From: Carpediemonas membranifera BICM | Taxonomy: Eukaryota; Protista; Fornicata | DNA: 64,000 nt | Reading direction: 5' to 3' | Assembly (NCBI GenBank): GCA_019828565.1 | Contig: JAHDYR010000064.1 | Span: 727,162-791,161 of the forward strand | Shown here: one piece after another, positions 43,853-54,692 of the stretch | Numbering within the stretch: position 1 is the first letter of the stretch | How the letters are laid out: every line of letters starts with the position of its first letter | Made by a program: the position numbers and the translations under genes | The notes under the pieces: generated by a model | Seen by the model: the letters and a program-made list of their open reading frames with translations, nothing else | Databases searched by the model: none | Told to the model about the DNA's origin: nothing

Positions 43853-45562
43853 TCATCCCGTGCTGCTTCTTACTACCGATCCATCTGGTGGGAACGTTTC
43901 ATAATCACCCGACGGCCCTGTCCTGTAGCAGCCAGTGGCCACCAGCTTGTACGACGCCGTGTCGGGCATCTCCCCGCTGACGAGACAGTTGGACAGGTGG
44001 AGCTCCTTGAGACGGGGGAAGAACGACGCGACGACGTCGAGAGAGGTCTCCGCCTGCTCAAGGTAAAGCGTAGTTACCGCGTTGGGGGCGGGGAAGACAT
44101 CAGCCGACGGAGGATCGAAGAACAGAGGCGTCTTTGACTGGAATCCGCAGGTTAACGTCGTCAGTCGGCCAAACTGGGACGCCATGGCCGCAATCCTGGT
44201 GCCGCAGTCGACTCGCATGGTCGGTAGAGAGCGGAGGAACAGTCGCTCGAGTCTGGAGGTTGACTGGGTCGACCCGCCCGACTGAAGAGTGACCATGGCC
44301 ATTGATCCGAATGGGTCGTCCCTGAACGATGCCGGGCTCGAACCCTGGCCCTGCCCGACACCTCTGGCAGCGGAGAGGAATGCTAGCAGGTCGCCCTCGT
44401 CTATGAGCTGGTCACAGTTGATGAACAAGTCAGACAGTGTCTCCCGGTACTTCTCCACCGCCGCTCTGACCGCGGTCCCGAGGTGGGGGGCGACCAGACC
44501 CTTCCAGTGTGCGATGTTCACCTTGAGGACCTTCTCGCCGGTCGGCCACTCAGCCCCGCTCCAACCGACGGGGTCCATGACAATCAGGGTGTCGATGTCG
44601 GGGTGTAGCGTCATCCGTTTCATATAAGAGTCGTTGAGGCGTAGCTTGCAGAGGAGGAACACCTTGAGGGCCCAGGCGCGGGCTATGGCGAGCAGGGTCT
44701 CTTGCTCCAGCTGGCCGAGGAGGTATATGATGGGCTTCATCTTCTGCTCGATAAACTCGGGCGTCCCTTCGCTCATGGGCCGCCACGCCTCCTTGAACTG
44801 GGCCGTCATGACCAGGATGAGGTCCGTCATCGCCCTCAAGGGCACCGTATTACTACTACTACTGTCCTGCTCCATGCTCCGCTCGAACAAACTACTCACA
44901 CCTGTCCGCTCCATCATGTCGTACCGGGCCACGGAGGTCGGCGGCACGGGCTCCTCCATTCTGGGTCTCTTGAGCTCCTGTACCCGCTGGATCTGGTCTC
45001 TGAGTGTGAAACCGTGTTCCCCGGGCTGCAGGAAGGGCTGGAACTCAATGTCGTTCAGGTCCATGTCGGGGAACGGGGTGTTTGAAATTGGCCCGGATCC
45101 AAGGGAAATGGGCGCAGGGTTGAACTCAAGCGTGTCCATGGGCAGAGGCTCTTGCACCATCGACTGGATAGGGGCGGGGAACGTGACTGGCGGGTCGACG
45201 GGCTGAATGCCCTCCATATGGTACTGCTCGACGGGCTCCGGGGGCATGGAGGAAGAGGAGGTGAGGGGGGAAGTCTGCTGAGTCTCCCAGGGGCGTAGGA
45301 ACTCGTTGTAGTGCTTCTTGAGCACGAAGCCAGCGTTCGTGACCGACTTTGGAAGATCAAGCTTCTTTGAAATCTCCTTCCACTTCTTTTCGCGAATAAC
45401 TGCGTCAATGCCGCCTCTTTCACGGACCTCTTTGAGGAGTACGCCGAAATCGAGCTTCTGATGGCCAACAACGGGCCAACGCAAGTTTGGATTGTTCGCT
45501 CGAACACGCTCAAAGACGGCTATGTTGAATGGATCCGATTCCACGGAATCTTTACCCTCCAT
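43853..45562 (-). CDS. ARID/BRIGHT DNA-binding protein
   Basis: PVVGHQKLDF...VRERGG...KKWKEISKKLDLP...LKKHYNEFLRPWE. Confidence 0.88.
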   Translation of the reverse strand: MEGKDSVESDPFNIAVFERVRANNPNLRWPVVGHQKLDFGVLLKEVRERGGIDAVIREKKWKEISKKLDLPKSVTNAGFVLKKHYNEFLRPWETQQTSPLTSSSSMPPEPVEQYHMEGIQPVDPPVTFPAPIQSMVQEPLPMDTLEFNPAPISLGSGPISNTPFPDMDLNDIEFQPFLQPGEHGFTLRDQIQRVQELKRPRMEEPVPPTSVARYDMMERTGVSSLFERSMEQDSSSSNTVPLRAMTDLILVMTAQFKEAWRPMSEGTPEFIEQKMKPIIYLLGQLEQETLLAIARAWALKVFLLCKLRLNDSYMKRMTLHPDIDTLIVMDPVGWSGAEWPTGEKVLKVNIAHWKGLVAPHLGTAVRAAVEKYRETLSDLFINCDQLIDEGDLLAFLSAARGVGQGQGSSPASFRDDPFGSMAMVTLQSGGSTQSTSRLERLFLRSLPTMRVDCGTRIAAMASQFGRLTTLTCGFQSKTPLFFDPPSADVFPAPNAVTTLYLEQAETSLDVVASFFPRLKELHLSNCLVSGEMPDTASYKLVATGCYRTGPSGDYETFPPDGSVVRSSTG

Positions 45563-45701
45563 AAGCGAGGTGAATCGTGCGTTCGGATGCAGCAGGGCAC
45601 TGTCGTGACATAAACTGCGAAATGATCAATTTCCAGATCGATTCAGTGATTGATTCAAATCTGCGAATGCATCCCACTGTCCGAGGAACTACTAGTTTAT
45701 C

Positions 45702-47744
45702 TCACAGTCTGAGCACCCTCAGCAGCCCCAGCCTACCCGCCGAGACGTACCGCTGCTTGGTCCCCACCGCCGACCCTGCTCTGCGGACCCTGTGAATGAG
45801 GTACAGGAGCACCGATGCCACCCGCCGGGCACTCGCGGGGTCTGGCAGGAGGATTTGGGTCACCCCGGTGGTTGTAAATACAGTTAGCAATGCGGGGTGA
45901 CTCGTGAGGGCCGGACCCTTCTTGGTGAGGGTAATTGGCTCAGACGACAGGCCATAGACCACACGCACGATTGACTCCACCGGAGTCGGCTTTTTGCCAA
46001 GGAAAACCGTCGGTTTCGCGCCGACGGCAAGCTTTTTCTTTTCCTTCTCCGGGGTGGCTCTTACAAGGTCAAGTGGCCACATCTCGAACGGCACGACCAC
46101 CTTGACAGTGAGCGACTGCCCATCCTTCTTCCCTCCAACTGTCTTGGCCTTCAGCCCGACCGAGCAGGCATCAAATGCTTCCCGCGACGGCCCTGCCAAC
46201 CGTCTCGTCTTGCCCACTTCCGGACGCGGAGTCAACATTGGAGTCGGAGGCCTCTGGGGGATTGGGACCGGGGCCTCCTCGTCGACGACGGCCGTCTTGG
46301 GTGACACGCTGAGCTTAGAAGGCGGTACTGGCCTCGGCGTCCTAGCCTGCACAGGACCGTCGGGCGGGGCATGCCGCTGTGGCTTGGGTGGTGATCTTTC
46401 CGGCGGTCTGGAAAGCACCGGGCTGGTAGACTCATCCAGTGCAATCGGTACAACAGGATCGGCCGGGGGTCTGGCTGGGGGCTCCTCAACGGACACCACC
46501 GGGGAGGGGGAGGGCCGAGTCAGGCGCTGGGGTACAGGTTGGGGCTGCAGCTCGGGGCGTGGCTCAGCTGGTGTCCGTGTGTCCGCGTGGGCAGGCTTGC
46601 TCGGGGATCTGCGGAGTCTGTCTGGCGTGGCTGTCCTCGCCGATGACAAGGCCGCTCTGGGGCTGGCGTTTGCGTTCTGGTTGGGCCGCCAGGGCTTCAT
46701 CGCCTCCCTTCTCTCGTCCTCCGTTAGTGATTCGTTCAGACTGTCGCCCATGAGCTTCGAGAGCGTCGTCTTCCATGATGCGAGCGGTGCTACGTCCAGG
46801 GGCTTGTAAATACTGCTCCCAGACCGGGGCCTCCCCTCAGACCGGGCGGGGGAGACCCCTTCAACCCGCCCCCTCCCTTCCATGCCGGTCCTCGGCCGCG
46901 ACATCCTCAGCGGGGGCACGGGCTGGGGTTCTTGGGGCTGTTTAGCCCTTCCAGTGCTCCTGGCACTGCCCTGAGGCCCTGAAGAGGAGGAGGCGAGGGA
47001 CTGGTTGCTGTTTTTCCTCCAGGAGGCCGAGGGCGAGATTCCTGCGGCCAGGCGTGGGAAGAACGTGTCCTGGGACGTTGCCTCGCGCACCACGTCCTCT
47101 GCCAGGAGCACGGGCTGGGGGCTGTGATCTACGTCCCTCTTGGCGTTCTGTGTCTTCGCTTTGAGCTGAGTATCATACAAATTCATTGCCTCTCTCTTCG
47201 TCTTGGGCGACTTCAGCGGCTCGGGCGATTCATCAGCCAGCTCGGTCGCTCGCAAGAGGAGGCCTGCGATGTGGACGTGGTGCTGCCCCTCTTTCCCCTG
47301 GAAGGAGAGGAACATGTGCTTGGGATAGGGCCCGGGGGGGAGAGGGAATGAAGCGACGCTGCTGTCGTTGATGTCCGCTACTGCCGGGCCTACGGGTATG
47401 CGCATGAAGTCTTTGTAGTCGGTGTTGTCCTCAGAAGCAGTGATTATGAGCTGGTTGGGGGCTACTTGGAGGTCTTCAGCATACTTCAGGAGAATTTCGG
47501 CAGAAACGGCGCGCTTCGCAACTGCTGGACGGAGGCGAAGAGTTGTGTGTGCTGATACTATAGTTCCACGCTCCGCAAGTGTTGGAATCAGCGCTGCTCG
47601 CCACAAGGGAGGCACATCTTTCCGCGGCTCCAAACCAGCAGGATGGAGCTGCGAACGAGACCGAATAATGTCCCATGCACCCGTTCCCGATGACGTAAGC
47701 ACGTCATCCACTAGATTAATGCCTTGCTTGCTTCCATTTTTCAT
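45702..47744 (-). CDS. Hypothetical Pro/Ser/Arg-rich protein
   Basis: 680-aa ORF filling the intergenic space; no confident domain. Confidence 0.65.
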   Translation of the reverse strand: MKNGSKQGINLVDDVLTSSGTGAWDIIRSRSQLHPAGLEPRKDVPPLWRAALIPTLAERGTIVSAHTTLRLRPAVAKRAVSAEILLKYAEDLQVAPNQLIITASEDNTDYKDFMRIPVGPAVADINDSSVASFPLPPGPYPKHMFLSFQGKEGQHHVHIAGLLLRATELADESPEPLKSPKTKREAMNLYDTQLKAKTQNAKRDVDHSPQPVLLAEDVVREATSQDTFFPRLAAGISPSASWRKNSNQSLASSSSGPQGSARSTGRAKQPQEPQPVPPLRMSRPRTGMEGRGRVEGVSPARSEGRPRSGSSIYKPLDVAPLASWKTTLSKLMGDSLNESLTEDERREAMKPWRPNQNANASPRAALSSARTATPDRLRRSPSKPAHADTRTPAEPRPELQPQPVPQRLTRPSPSPVVSVEEPPARPPADPVVPIALDESTSPVLSRPPERSPPKPQRHAPPDGPVQARTPRPVPPSKLSVSPKTAVVDEEAPVPIPQRPPTPMLTPRPEVGKTRRLAGPSREAFDACSVGLKAKTVGGKKDGQSLTVKVVVPFEMWPLDLVRATPEKEKKKLAVGAKPTVFLGKKPTPVESIVRVVYGLSSEPITLTKKGPALTSHPALLTVFTTTGVTQILLPDPASARRVASVLLYLIHRVRRAGSAVGTKQRYVSAGRLGLLRVLRL

Positions 47745-48014
47745 CGCTCTCGTCGTGTTGACCTCAGTGAATTTTTTCTCCGATCTACTCCGAGTCTAAC
47801 CGCCATCAGAGGTCGCAGCGGCCGGGCTATGTCTGGCTATGTAAGTTTCACGCCGGATATCTCTCAGTATCTCTCAATATCCCAGATTGCGTGTCTCACT
47901 CTGACTGACTCAGGAACTCAGTCGTCTATTATCCAGATAACCGCTGACAAGTTATCTAACAGGCGCTATCAACCAGCTACATCGCCGACCTCCCAAAGTT
48001 TATCTCAAAACATC

Positions 48015-48959
48015 CTAAGTCAAGCTGGCTTCCTCCGAAGATGCCACGCTGCTTCCTGTGCGCTGGCCCACGCGGCCCGCGACTGACCGGACCGCAGTCG
48101 AGGCTCCAGTCATGGTCTTAGTAGCAGCATCCTCGAGTCGCTTCGAAGTCTTCTCGATCTCACCCCGGACGAGTGTTGAGGTCTTCGCCGCAGTTTCGCT
48201 AAACTTGAGCCGCTCGTCGGCCTGATGGATGGTAGACTGAGTGCCCTTCACGATCCGCTGGGCCCCAGCCTGAGTATTTTGTCTGAACTTGGCCGAGGCC
48301 TGGGAGGCTCCCTGGACAAGCTTTGTGGTCCGTTCCCTCGTGTTCTGCTGCACGGTAGTAACTCCCTTGGACAGTCCGATAGCAGTGTCGACCTCCTGGA
48401 GCTGCGCCCTGATTCTGGTGTTCGCCTCCTTGGCCTGGCTGAAGGATGCCTCTGTAAACTTGCTTAGGTTGCGGGTAATGTTGCTCGTCTGAGTCTCCGT
48501 AGCCTGCTGGATCTTGTTGATGCTCTGCTTGGTTCTGGAGAAGACCTTACCGATGACGTTTCCTTCTTCATCAGCAGAGCCAGAGCCCCGGCCAAATCCC
48601 AGGGACCAGGACCGGCTGCGGACCTCAGACTTGGTCTCTGACGCCTTCTCAGCAAGGTAGGCGCGGACAACCTCGACGTACTGCTCCATTCCGACGGAAT
48701 CGGCGAGGGTTACGGTGACGGGCTTGTCAACGACAGGCGCATTCGTCAGAAGAAGCGCTGTGTTCGCCGAGGAAGCGAGTTTGAACTTGATTGCCGCAAA
48801 CTTTTTGTCGTGCTCGACGCCATCGGGATCTGGGAGGCCAGTGGCGATGAACTGCATCTCCCCACAGAAAGAGAAGAACTCGCGGAGAATCTGCTCAGTG
48901 ACAGCGTTTGATAGGTTAGTTACAATAGCAATGCGCCCATAATCAGCTGCTTCCGCCAT
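48015..48959 (-). CDS. RRM-domain protein
   Basis: IVTNLS...LREFFSFCG...AAIKF...ALLLTNA. Confidence 0.8.
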   Translation of the reverse strand: MAEAADYGRIAIVTNLSNAVTEQILREFFSFCGEMQFIATGLPDPDGVEHDKKFAAIKFKLASSANTALLLTNAPVVDKPVTVTLADSVGMEQYVEVVRAYLAEKASETKSEVRSRSWSLGFGRGSGSADEEGNVIGKVFSRTKQSINKIQQATETQTSNITRNLSKFTEASFSQAKEANTRIRAQLQEVDTAIGLSKGVTTVQQNTRERTTKLVQGASQASAKFRQNTQAGAQRIVKGTQSTIHQADERLKFSETAAKTSTLVRGEIEKTSKRLEDAATKTMTGASTAVRSVAGRVGQRTGSSVASSEEASLT

Positions 48960-49236
48960 TGTTCAGAGTTGGTTTGCTTATTTGTGCTTTTCAAAGCGAG
49001 AATCGATTGAGCTTAATCTGCGGATCAGACAGAAGGAGGACCTGGGTCGCGATGCATGGCAAATGTAGTGTAGGTGCGGCAGGCACGCTTCATTTTTGAT
49101 TTGATCGCTTCATATTTGATGTCAGAAATTCGCTGACCACAAAGGCAGAGTTATAAATATCTCATCAATCACACAAAGGCTCAGTTTATAGCCAACCCGC
49201 GTCTCAACAGGCATACTGCACACGCCGGGACTCGTC

Positions 49237-49634
49237 TCAGTCGTCCAGCCCGAAGAGAGCAATCCTGAGAATAGACAGGCAGCAACTCAGACCACAGCAG
49301 CAGCACGTGATGGGCAGGCAGCAGCAGCACAGTGTGATGTGGATGCACTGCTGGCACAGCCATGCGAGGAGGAGGAGGATGGCGGCACCGATAAAGGCAC
49401 CGGCAATCGCAACGAAAAAGACGTAGATCAGGAGATGCGTCGTGTCTACGTCCTCTGCAACGAGGGAGCTCGTGTCGATGCTGTTTTCGGCCTCAATAGG
49501 TGTGAATTCATTGGCGGAAGCACGTTGACCGGAATGAGAGCCAGGAATTTGATACTTGTGGCCGTTTGGAGAACAACTAGAGATACACACTAGAAGTACG
49601 AGAAGAATCACGAATGAGCTGCGACTAACCATCA
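49237..49634 (-). CDS. Small membrane protein with signal peptide, TM helix and Cys-rich tail
   Basis: Hydrophobic N-terminus, LLIYVFFVAIAGAFIGAAILLLL, poly-Cys C-terminus. Confidence 0.55.
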
Positions 49635-49737
49635 TGTTTGTAAGGCTCTGCCACTGGCCCAAACTTCCAGCCGAGTCAGATCTCCAGATCGGGTCACAGC
49701 GAAAGAAGTGGTCAGTGAACAACAGCTGTCTGCAACA

Positions 49738-50583
49738 TCAGCCATGCTCCGAGAGCACAGGGCCATACAGCCTCGCCATATATGCTTTGAAGTCGATCCC
49801 ACTGTTAGTGCCAGTCAACACAACTGCCCTGGCCCGGTTGTTCCTCCCGACACGCGCCACTACCCTGAGTCTCTTGTCAGCCTGGTACTCGGCACCCTTA
49901 CCCTTATCTGCGGCTACTCTGACACACTGCATGGGAATGGGGCAGTTGGTCGAGCGGAGGGCGTCGGCAATGAGGACATCAACCTCAGTCGGGTTCGGTG
50001 GGAGTGGATACCACCCTTCCATCAGCCTCACACGGTCTGCTGACGATATGCTGGCCAACATGCCTGCTAGCTGTGTGATGGCGGCCGTGAACTCCTGATC
50101 ACGGGGTTCTGTCGGCATGACTGTTGTACTGAGTTCAGTTATGGTGCTTTGGATGTCCGGAAGCCAGTGTGCGGGCTTGCTGCGGTGAGAAAGGGGGATC
50201 GCCGGCGTGTCAGGCGTCCGCTGCTGGGGCGGGGTCGTGGTCTGGCGCTGGGGACTGGATGAAGCCTCCAGCTGTCGATCTTTTGCACGTAGCTCGGTTT
50301 TTAGGTGCGCACGAATCCGAATAGCATCTTGAGTTTCCCTTTGAAGCGCTTCATTCTCTATTTCCAGTGCGATGCAGCGTCTGCGGGACTCTAGCAGCTG
50401 TTCGTAGTGTTCGGTTGGAATCATACGTACATCTTGGCGATATTTCCCGATTTCTGGTGTTTTCTGCGAATAATAACGTTGTTGGGGCATGTGATTCTGT
50501 TGTGCCTTTCGTTGTCCAAGATTCAGGAAAAAAATTCGAGATCTACTGCCCTTGACCTTGTATGACTCGCCAGCTTGGCACAT
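49738..50583 (-). CDS. Hypothetical coiled-coil protein
   Basis: 281-aa ORF with heptad segment; true start probably downstream. Confidence 0.55.
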   Translation of the reverse strand: MCQAGESYKVKGSRSRIFFLNLGQRKAQQNHMPQQRYYSQKTPEIGKYRQDVRMIPTEHYEQLLESRRRCIALEIENEALQRETQDAIRIRAHLKTELRAKDRQLEASSSPQRQTTTPPQQRTPDTPAIPLSHRSKPAHWLPDIQSTITELSTTVMPTEPRDQEFTAAITQLAGMLASISSADRVRLMEGWYPLPPNPTEVDVLIADALRSTNCPIPMQCVRVAADKGKGAEYQADKRLRVVARVGRNNRARAVVLTGTNSGIDFKAYMARLYGPVLSEHG

Positions 50584-50793
50584 GCCGCAAGTCCTTAGGC
50601 AGAATCAGACCCAGATCTCGCTAGTGCCCTCAGATACAGCAACATGTCATCAAAGCTCAATCACACGCGTCAGGTCAACTTTACCATTAGCAAATCACTG
50701 CTGTATGCATAGCCGTGCCATGTGTCATGCCTGCCATGATCGACCTGGCGCTGAACTTAGACAGCTCGGCCCTGGAAGAAACGAAGAGTCGAT

Positions 50794-52779
50794 TTACCAT
50801 GGGAGTGCGTCGTCCACCACCGTCGCCGCAGCTGAGCCCTTCACCACAGCCTTGGGTGCTGGGCTAGGTGTCTTCTTGGCTTCCGTGGGCGCTGTCCCGA
50901 CAGGCTGGCTCACCGCCTTGTTTCTCAGAGCTCGTGCACTTTTAGGTCTCGCCCGCGTTGCCGACTTGGGCATTACAGGCTCCTCATCCTGTCCCATGGG
51001 GCTGGAGGGTGGTTTCACCGGTCGCCCGGCCGCTAGCATCGCCTCGAGCCCAGCGGGGCCGCCCTTGGGAGCAATCTTGACGGCCTTTTTGGGTGCAACT
51101 GGCTCGGCCTTCGCCTGTGCAGGGGCAGGCTCCTTTCGCTCAGGCTTAGTTGATGCTGGAGCTGAGGTAGCCTTCTTAGTTGAGATCGAGGTCTGGGGCT
51201 TGGTGGGTGCCGGTTTCTCCGTCTTCGCAGGCTTTGGTACAGGTGCCACCTTGGGCGCAGGTTTGGCCGAGGCCGGCTTCGACTTGCTCTTGAGAGTCGC
51301 CAGGAAGTCATCCGAGTCGCTGTCAGAGTCGAACATAAACTTCTTCTTGGCAGCAGGCGCGGGGGCGGGGGCGGGCTTAGTTGTCTCAGGTTTGGGTGTC
51401 TCCTCCTTCTTAGCTGTCTCCTTGATGGGCGTGTCCTTGACGGCTGGAATGAGCTTCGGCTGAACAACCTCAGGCTCCTGGGCAGGCTTGGGCTCCTTGG
51501 GGGCGGGGGCGGGGGCTGTTGCCGGCGCGGGCTTGGCTGCAGCGGGCTTCGGCTTCCGGAGAGAGGTCAGGAAGTCATCGGAGTCACTGTCGGAGTCGAA
51601 CGTAAATTTCTTCTTGGCCGGGGCAGCTGGGGCGGTCGCTGCGGCTGCGGCAGGCTTGGGGGCAGGCTCTGGCTTGGCGGGGGTCAACTCGGCCTTGGCT
51701 GCCGTCTCGGGCTGGGGCGCGGTGGTCGGCTCGGCAATGGGCTTGGCAGCGGGCTTCTTGGGCTTAGCGGATAAGAAGTCGTCGTCAGAGTCGGAGTCGC
51801 TGAAGTCGAATGCGAACTTCTTCTTCGCCTCAGGCTTCGCGGCAGGAGCAGGGGCAGGGGCAGCTGTGGGTTGGGTCTCTTCGGCGGGGATCTCCTCAGC
51901 CTTAGGCTCGGGCGCCCTCTCAACAGCAGCCGGCTTTGTCGCCTTGGGGGACATGAAGTCGTCGTCAGACTCGTCCGAGTCAAACCCAAACGCCGCAGCC
52001 GCCTTAGCGACAGCCTGGACGTGTTCCTGAGTAGCCGGCGGGGTAGCAGGCCCCGGCTGTGGCTGGGCAGGCTTGTCCCAGTCATCCTCCTCTGCCCCCC
52101 ACTCGGACTCTGCCGAATCTGACTTCGGGACATCAGCAGGGGCGACCTGGGCGGTGGTAGCGGTGGCAATGGTCTCCTCATGTTCCTCGGCCATCCCAGT
52201 CTCGGGCTGGGTCTCATCGGCGGGCCAGGTAGATTCAAATTCGTTGAGATAGTGCTCGGGCACGTCTAGGACAGTAAAGTCTGCCCACTGGGGCAGGTCT
52301 GGGGGCAGAGTGACCTTGCTCGGCTCAAATTCGAGAGCTGCGAGGCCGTTGGCGATGCTTTCGCTGAACAGCGGCTGGCAATATGCAGCGAGCTCCTCGG
52401 CACTCATGAGAGTCGTGTCGACAGCTTCGGGGAGTCCATTGTCCTTCTCACTGGCTGTGGTGGGCGTGGAAACCTCGTCTTCCTCAAAGATCCTCTGCTC
52501 GACGTACTGCTCGTCCGCCATGGACGTCAGCTTGAGAGAAGCCTCCTTCGCGCTCTTGAGGAGGGAATCGGCACGGTCTGCAGCCGAATTAACTTGTTCA
52601 GCGACAGAATTTGCCTTAGCTTCCATTCTGGTGGTCATCTGCAGCAGGCACTCAAGAAGACGCTGGTCCTGGCCGAACGTCCACTGGTATGGCTCACTAA
52701 CGTCCTCGAGCAGAGCAATAAGGCCATTTTGATCTGTATTGTGGTGCTTATTATCCTCCACAGGCTCAGCAACGTCCAT
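50794..52779 (-). CDS. FAM21/WASHC2-like WASH complex subunit
   Basis: WTFGQDQRLL and EQYVEQRIFEEDE resemble the FAM21 head; four FxF-acidic-F(L/M) repeats resemble LFa motifs. Confidence 0.7.
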   Translation of the reverse strand: MDVAEPVEDNKHHNTDQNGLIALLEDVSEPYQWTFGQDQRLLECLLQMTTRMEAKANSVAEQVNSAADRADSLLKSAKEASLKLTSMADEQYVEQRIFEEDEVSTPTTASEKDNGLPEAVDTTLMSAEELAAYCQPLFSESIANGLAALEFEPSKVTLPPDLPQWADFTVLDVPEHYLNEFESTWPADETQPETGMAEEHEETIATATTAQVAPADVPKSDSAESEWGAEEDDWDKPAQPQPGPATPPATQEHVQAVAKAAAAFGFDSDESDDDFMSPKATKPAAVERAPEPKAEEIPAEETQPTAAPAPAPAAKPEAKKKFAFDFSDSDSDDDFLSAKPKKPAAKPIAEPTTAPQPETAAKAELTPAKPEPAPKPAAAAATAPAAPAKKKFTFDSDSDSDDFLTSLRKPKPAAAKPAPATAPAPAPKEPKPAQEPEVVQPKLIPAVKDTPIKETAKKEETPKPETTKPAPAPAPAAKKKFMFDSDSDSDDFLATLKSKSKPASAKPAPKVAPVPKPAKTEKPAPTKPQTSISTKKATSAPASTKPERKEPAPAQAKAEPVAPKKAVKIAPKGGPAGLEAMLAAGRPVKPPSSPMGQDEEPVMPKSATRARPKSARALRNKAVSQPVGTAPTEAKKTPSPAPKAVVKGSAAATVVDDALPW

Positions 52780-52883
52780 AGTGGCTCTTGTTTGTCTCGA
52801 GTTTCTGAAGATACATGGACGCTCACATAAATCACGTAAATCGCCATTCAACGGATCGATGTCTACAACCTTAGTTTACAGGC

Positions 52884-54608
52884 CTAACCGTTAGCCATGA
52901 AGAGCTTACGACGCTCAGCCACGGACAGGCTGCTGGGATCGTTGTTCTGCTTCTCTCTTAGCAGCGCCAGCTCCTCCGTGGCGTTGATCTTGCCGGGGCC
53001 GCTGGGCGTGCTGGGACCGGAGTTCATCAGCTGCTTGGTGAGGGCGCCCTTCTCCTTGGTGAGGCTGGCGACCTTTTCGCTGGAGGCGGCGAGCTGGGCC
53101 TCGAGGTTCTTGACCGTCTCCTGAAGTGCGGCGAAGTCCTCAGCGCTCGGGCCGGCAGGGGTAGGTTCGGGCACGGGCTTGGAAGCAAGCTCAGCCTCTA
53201 GGGCACCGATCTTCTCCTCAGCGGCAGCAGCCTTGGACTCGGCCTCGGCCTTCGCCTTCTCCGCGTCGGCCAGACGGGCCTCGAGGTCAGCGGAGGAAGA
53301 GCCGGCAGCGGCAGCGGCGTCCGAGCTCTTGGCCTCGGCCTCGGCGACCTTGGTAGTGAGGGCATCGATCTGGCCTTCGAGGTCGGCAATCTTGGCGGTA
53401 GCCTGGGTCTTCTCGGTGTCGTCAGCCGCAGCCTCTGTTGCAGCAGCGAGGTTTGCTTCCCCCTCAGCAACAGCACCCGTCAGCTTCTCGACAGCAGCCT
53501 CGTGCTGGGCGATCGCAGCATCCTTCTCGGCCACAGTGGCCTCAAGCTCTGTGACCCGGTTGTTGGCAGAGACGAGAGCTGCATCACCGCCCTCATTGGC
53601 AGCGGCAAGCTGTGCCTCGAGACGCGCCTTATCTTCGGAAAGAGAAGAAGCCTTGGCCTCGAGGGCGGCCTGCTCGGCCTTGGCTTCGGCGAGGCTTGCT
53701 TCAAGAGCAGCCTTGGTCTCCTCGACCTTGGCGTTCTCGGCCTCCAGACGGCCCTTCTCCTCAGCAGCAGCGGACGAGGCCTCGGTGATGCTCTTGGCCT
53801 GCTCTAGCTGCTCCTCGAGGTCCTTAGCCTTAGCCTGCACCTCCTCGACTGCGGACTCAGCGGCGGTCTTGGCGTCCGTCAGCTCGCCGACCTGGGCCTC
53901 GAGCTGGGCGATACGGCTGTCTTTGGCTGGATCCTCAGCAGGGCGCTGTGTTGCGGCCTGGAGAGCGGCCGACTGAGTGTCAAGCTGCTGCTCTAGCTCA
54001 GTTACCTTGGCTGAGAGCTTCTCGGCCATGTCCATGACCTCGTGACACTGGCACTCGAGGGCGACGCACTCTGTCTTCTTTTCCTCGAGCTCAGCGGCGT
54101 TGGCTTCGTGCTGGGCTGAAATAGCGGCGAGTTTGGACGTCAGCTCGACTACTGTGGCCTTCTGCTCATCTATCTCGGCCTTGAGGCTGTCCTTAGCGTC
54201 CTGTACATTCGCCGCGGCCTCATCAGCGGCCGCCTTCGCCTCAGCAAGTGACTGCTCGAGCTCGTGCACGTGGGCCTCCATCTCAGCAGCCTTGGCCTCG
54301 GCAGCCTTCACGGCGCCATCAGAAGTGGCGTCCTTCAGGGCCTTGAGGTCCATCGTGGCCGTGTCGTAGCCCATTCCCTTCTTGGGCTTAGGAGCGGGCT
54401 TAGGCTTAGGTGCAGGAGCGGGGGAATCACTAGCAGGAGGATCGCAGGGAGTAGTGTAGTTATAGGGGAAGAAACCGGACTTGCCGTTGAGGATTCCGCC
54501 CCACCAACCAGAATCGTCCTCATCAGTGACCTTGATCACGTCGTCGGTCTTAAAGCGAAGCTGGTCGTCTTCAGTTGGTTCAAAGTCGAATAGAGCCTTT
54601 CTGTACAT
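52884..54608 (-). CDS. SH3 plus long coiled-coil protein
   Basis: ALFDFEP...LRFK...GWWGG...GFFPYNY. Confidence 0.88.
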   Translation of the reverse strand: MYRKALFDFEPTEDDQLRFKTDDVIKVTDEDDSGWWGGILNGKSGFFPYNYTTPCDPPASDSPAPAPKPKPAPKPKKGMGYDTATMDLKALKDATSDGAVKAAEAKAAEMEAHVHELEQSLAEAKAAADEAAANVQDAKDSLKAEIDEQKATVVELTSKLAAISAQHEANAAELEEKKTECVALECQCHEVMDMAEKLSAKVTELEQQLDTQSAALQAATQRPAEDPAKDSRIAQLEAQVGELTDAKTAAESAVEEVQAKAKDLEEQLEQAKSITEASSAAAEEKGRLEAENAKVEETKAALEASLAEAKAEQAALEAKASSLSEDKARLEAQLAAANEGGDAALVSANNRVTELEATVAEKDAAIAQHEAAVEKLTGAVAEGEANLAAATEAAADDTEKTQATAKIADLEGQIDALTTKVAEAEAKSSDAAAAAGSSSADLEARLADAEKAKAEAESKAAAAEEKIGALEAELASKPVPEPTPAGPSAEDFAALQETVKNLEAQLAASSEKVASLTKEKGALTKQLMNSGPSTPSGPGKINATEELALLREKQNNDPSSLSVAERRKLFMANG

Positions 54609-54692
54609 CTCCCTTAGCGCTCAGGAGAAACTTGTCGTGTTTTGTGTGCATTTTAGGGCATCGCACCGTGTGCTATTGAAGGGTCCAACAAT

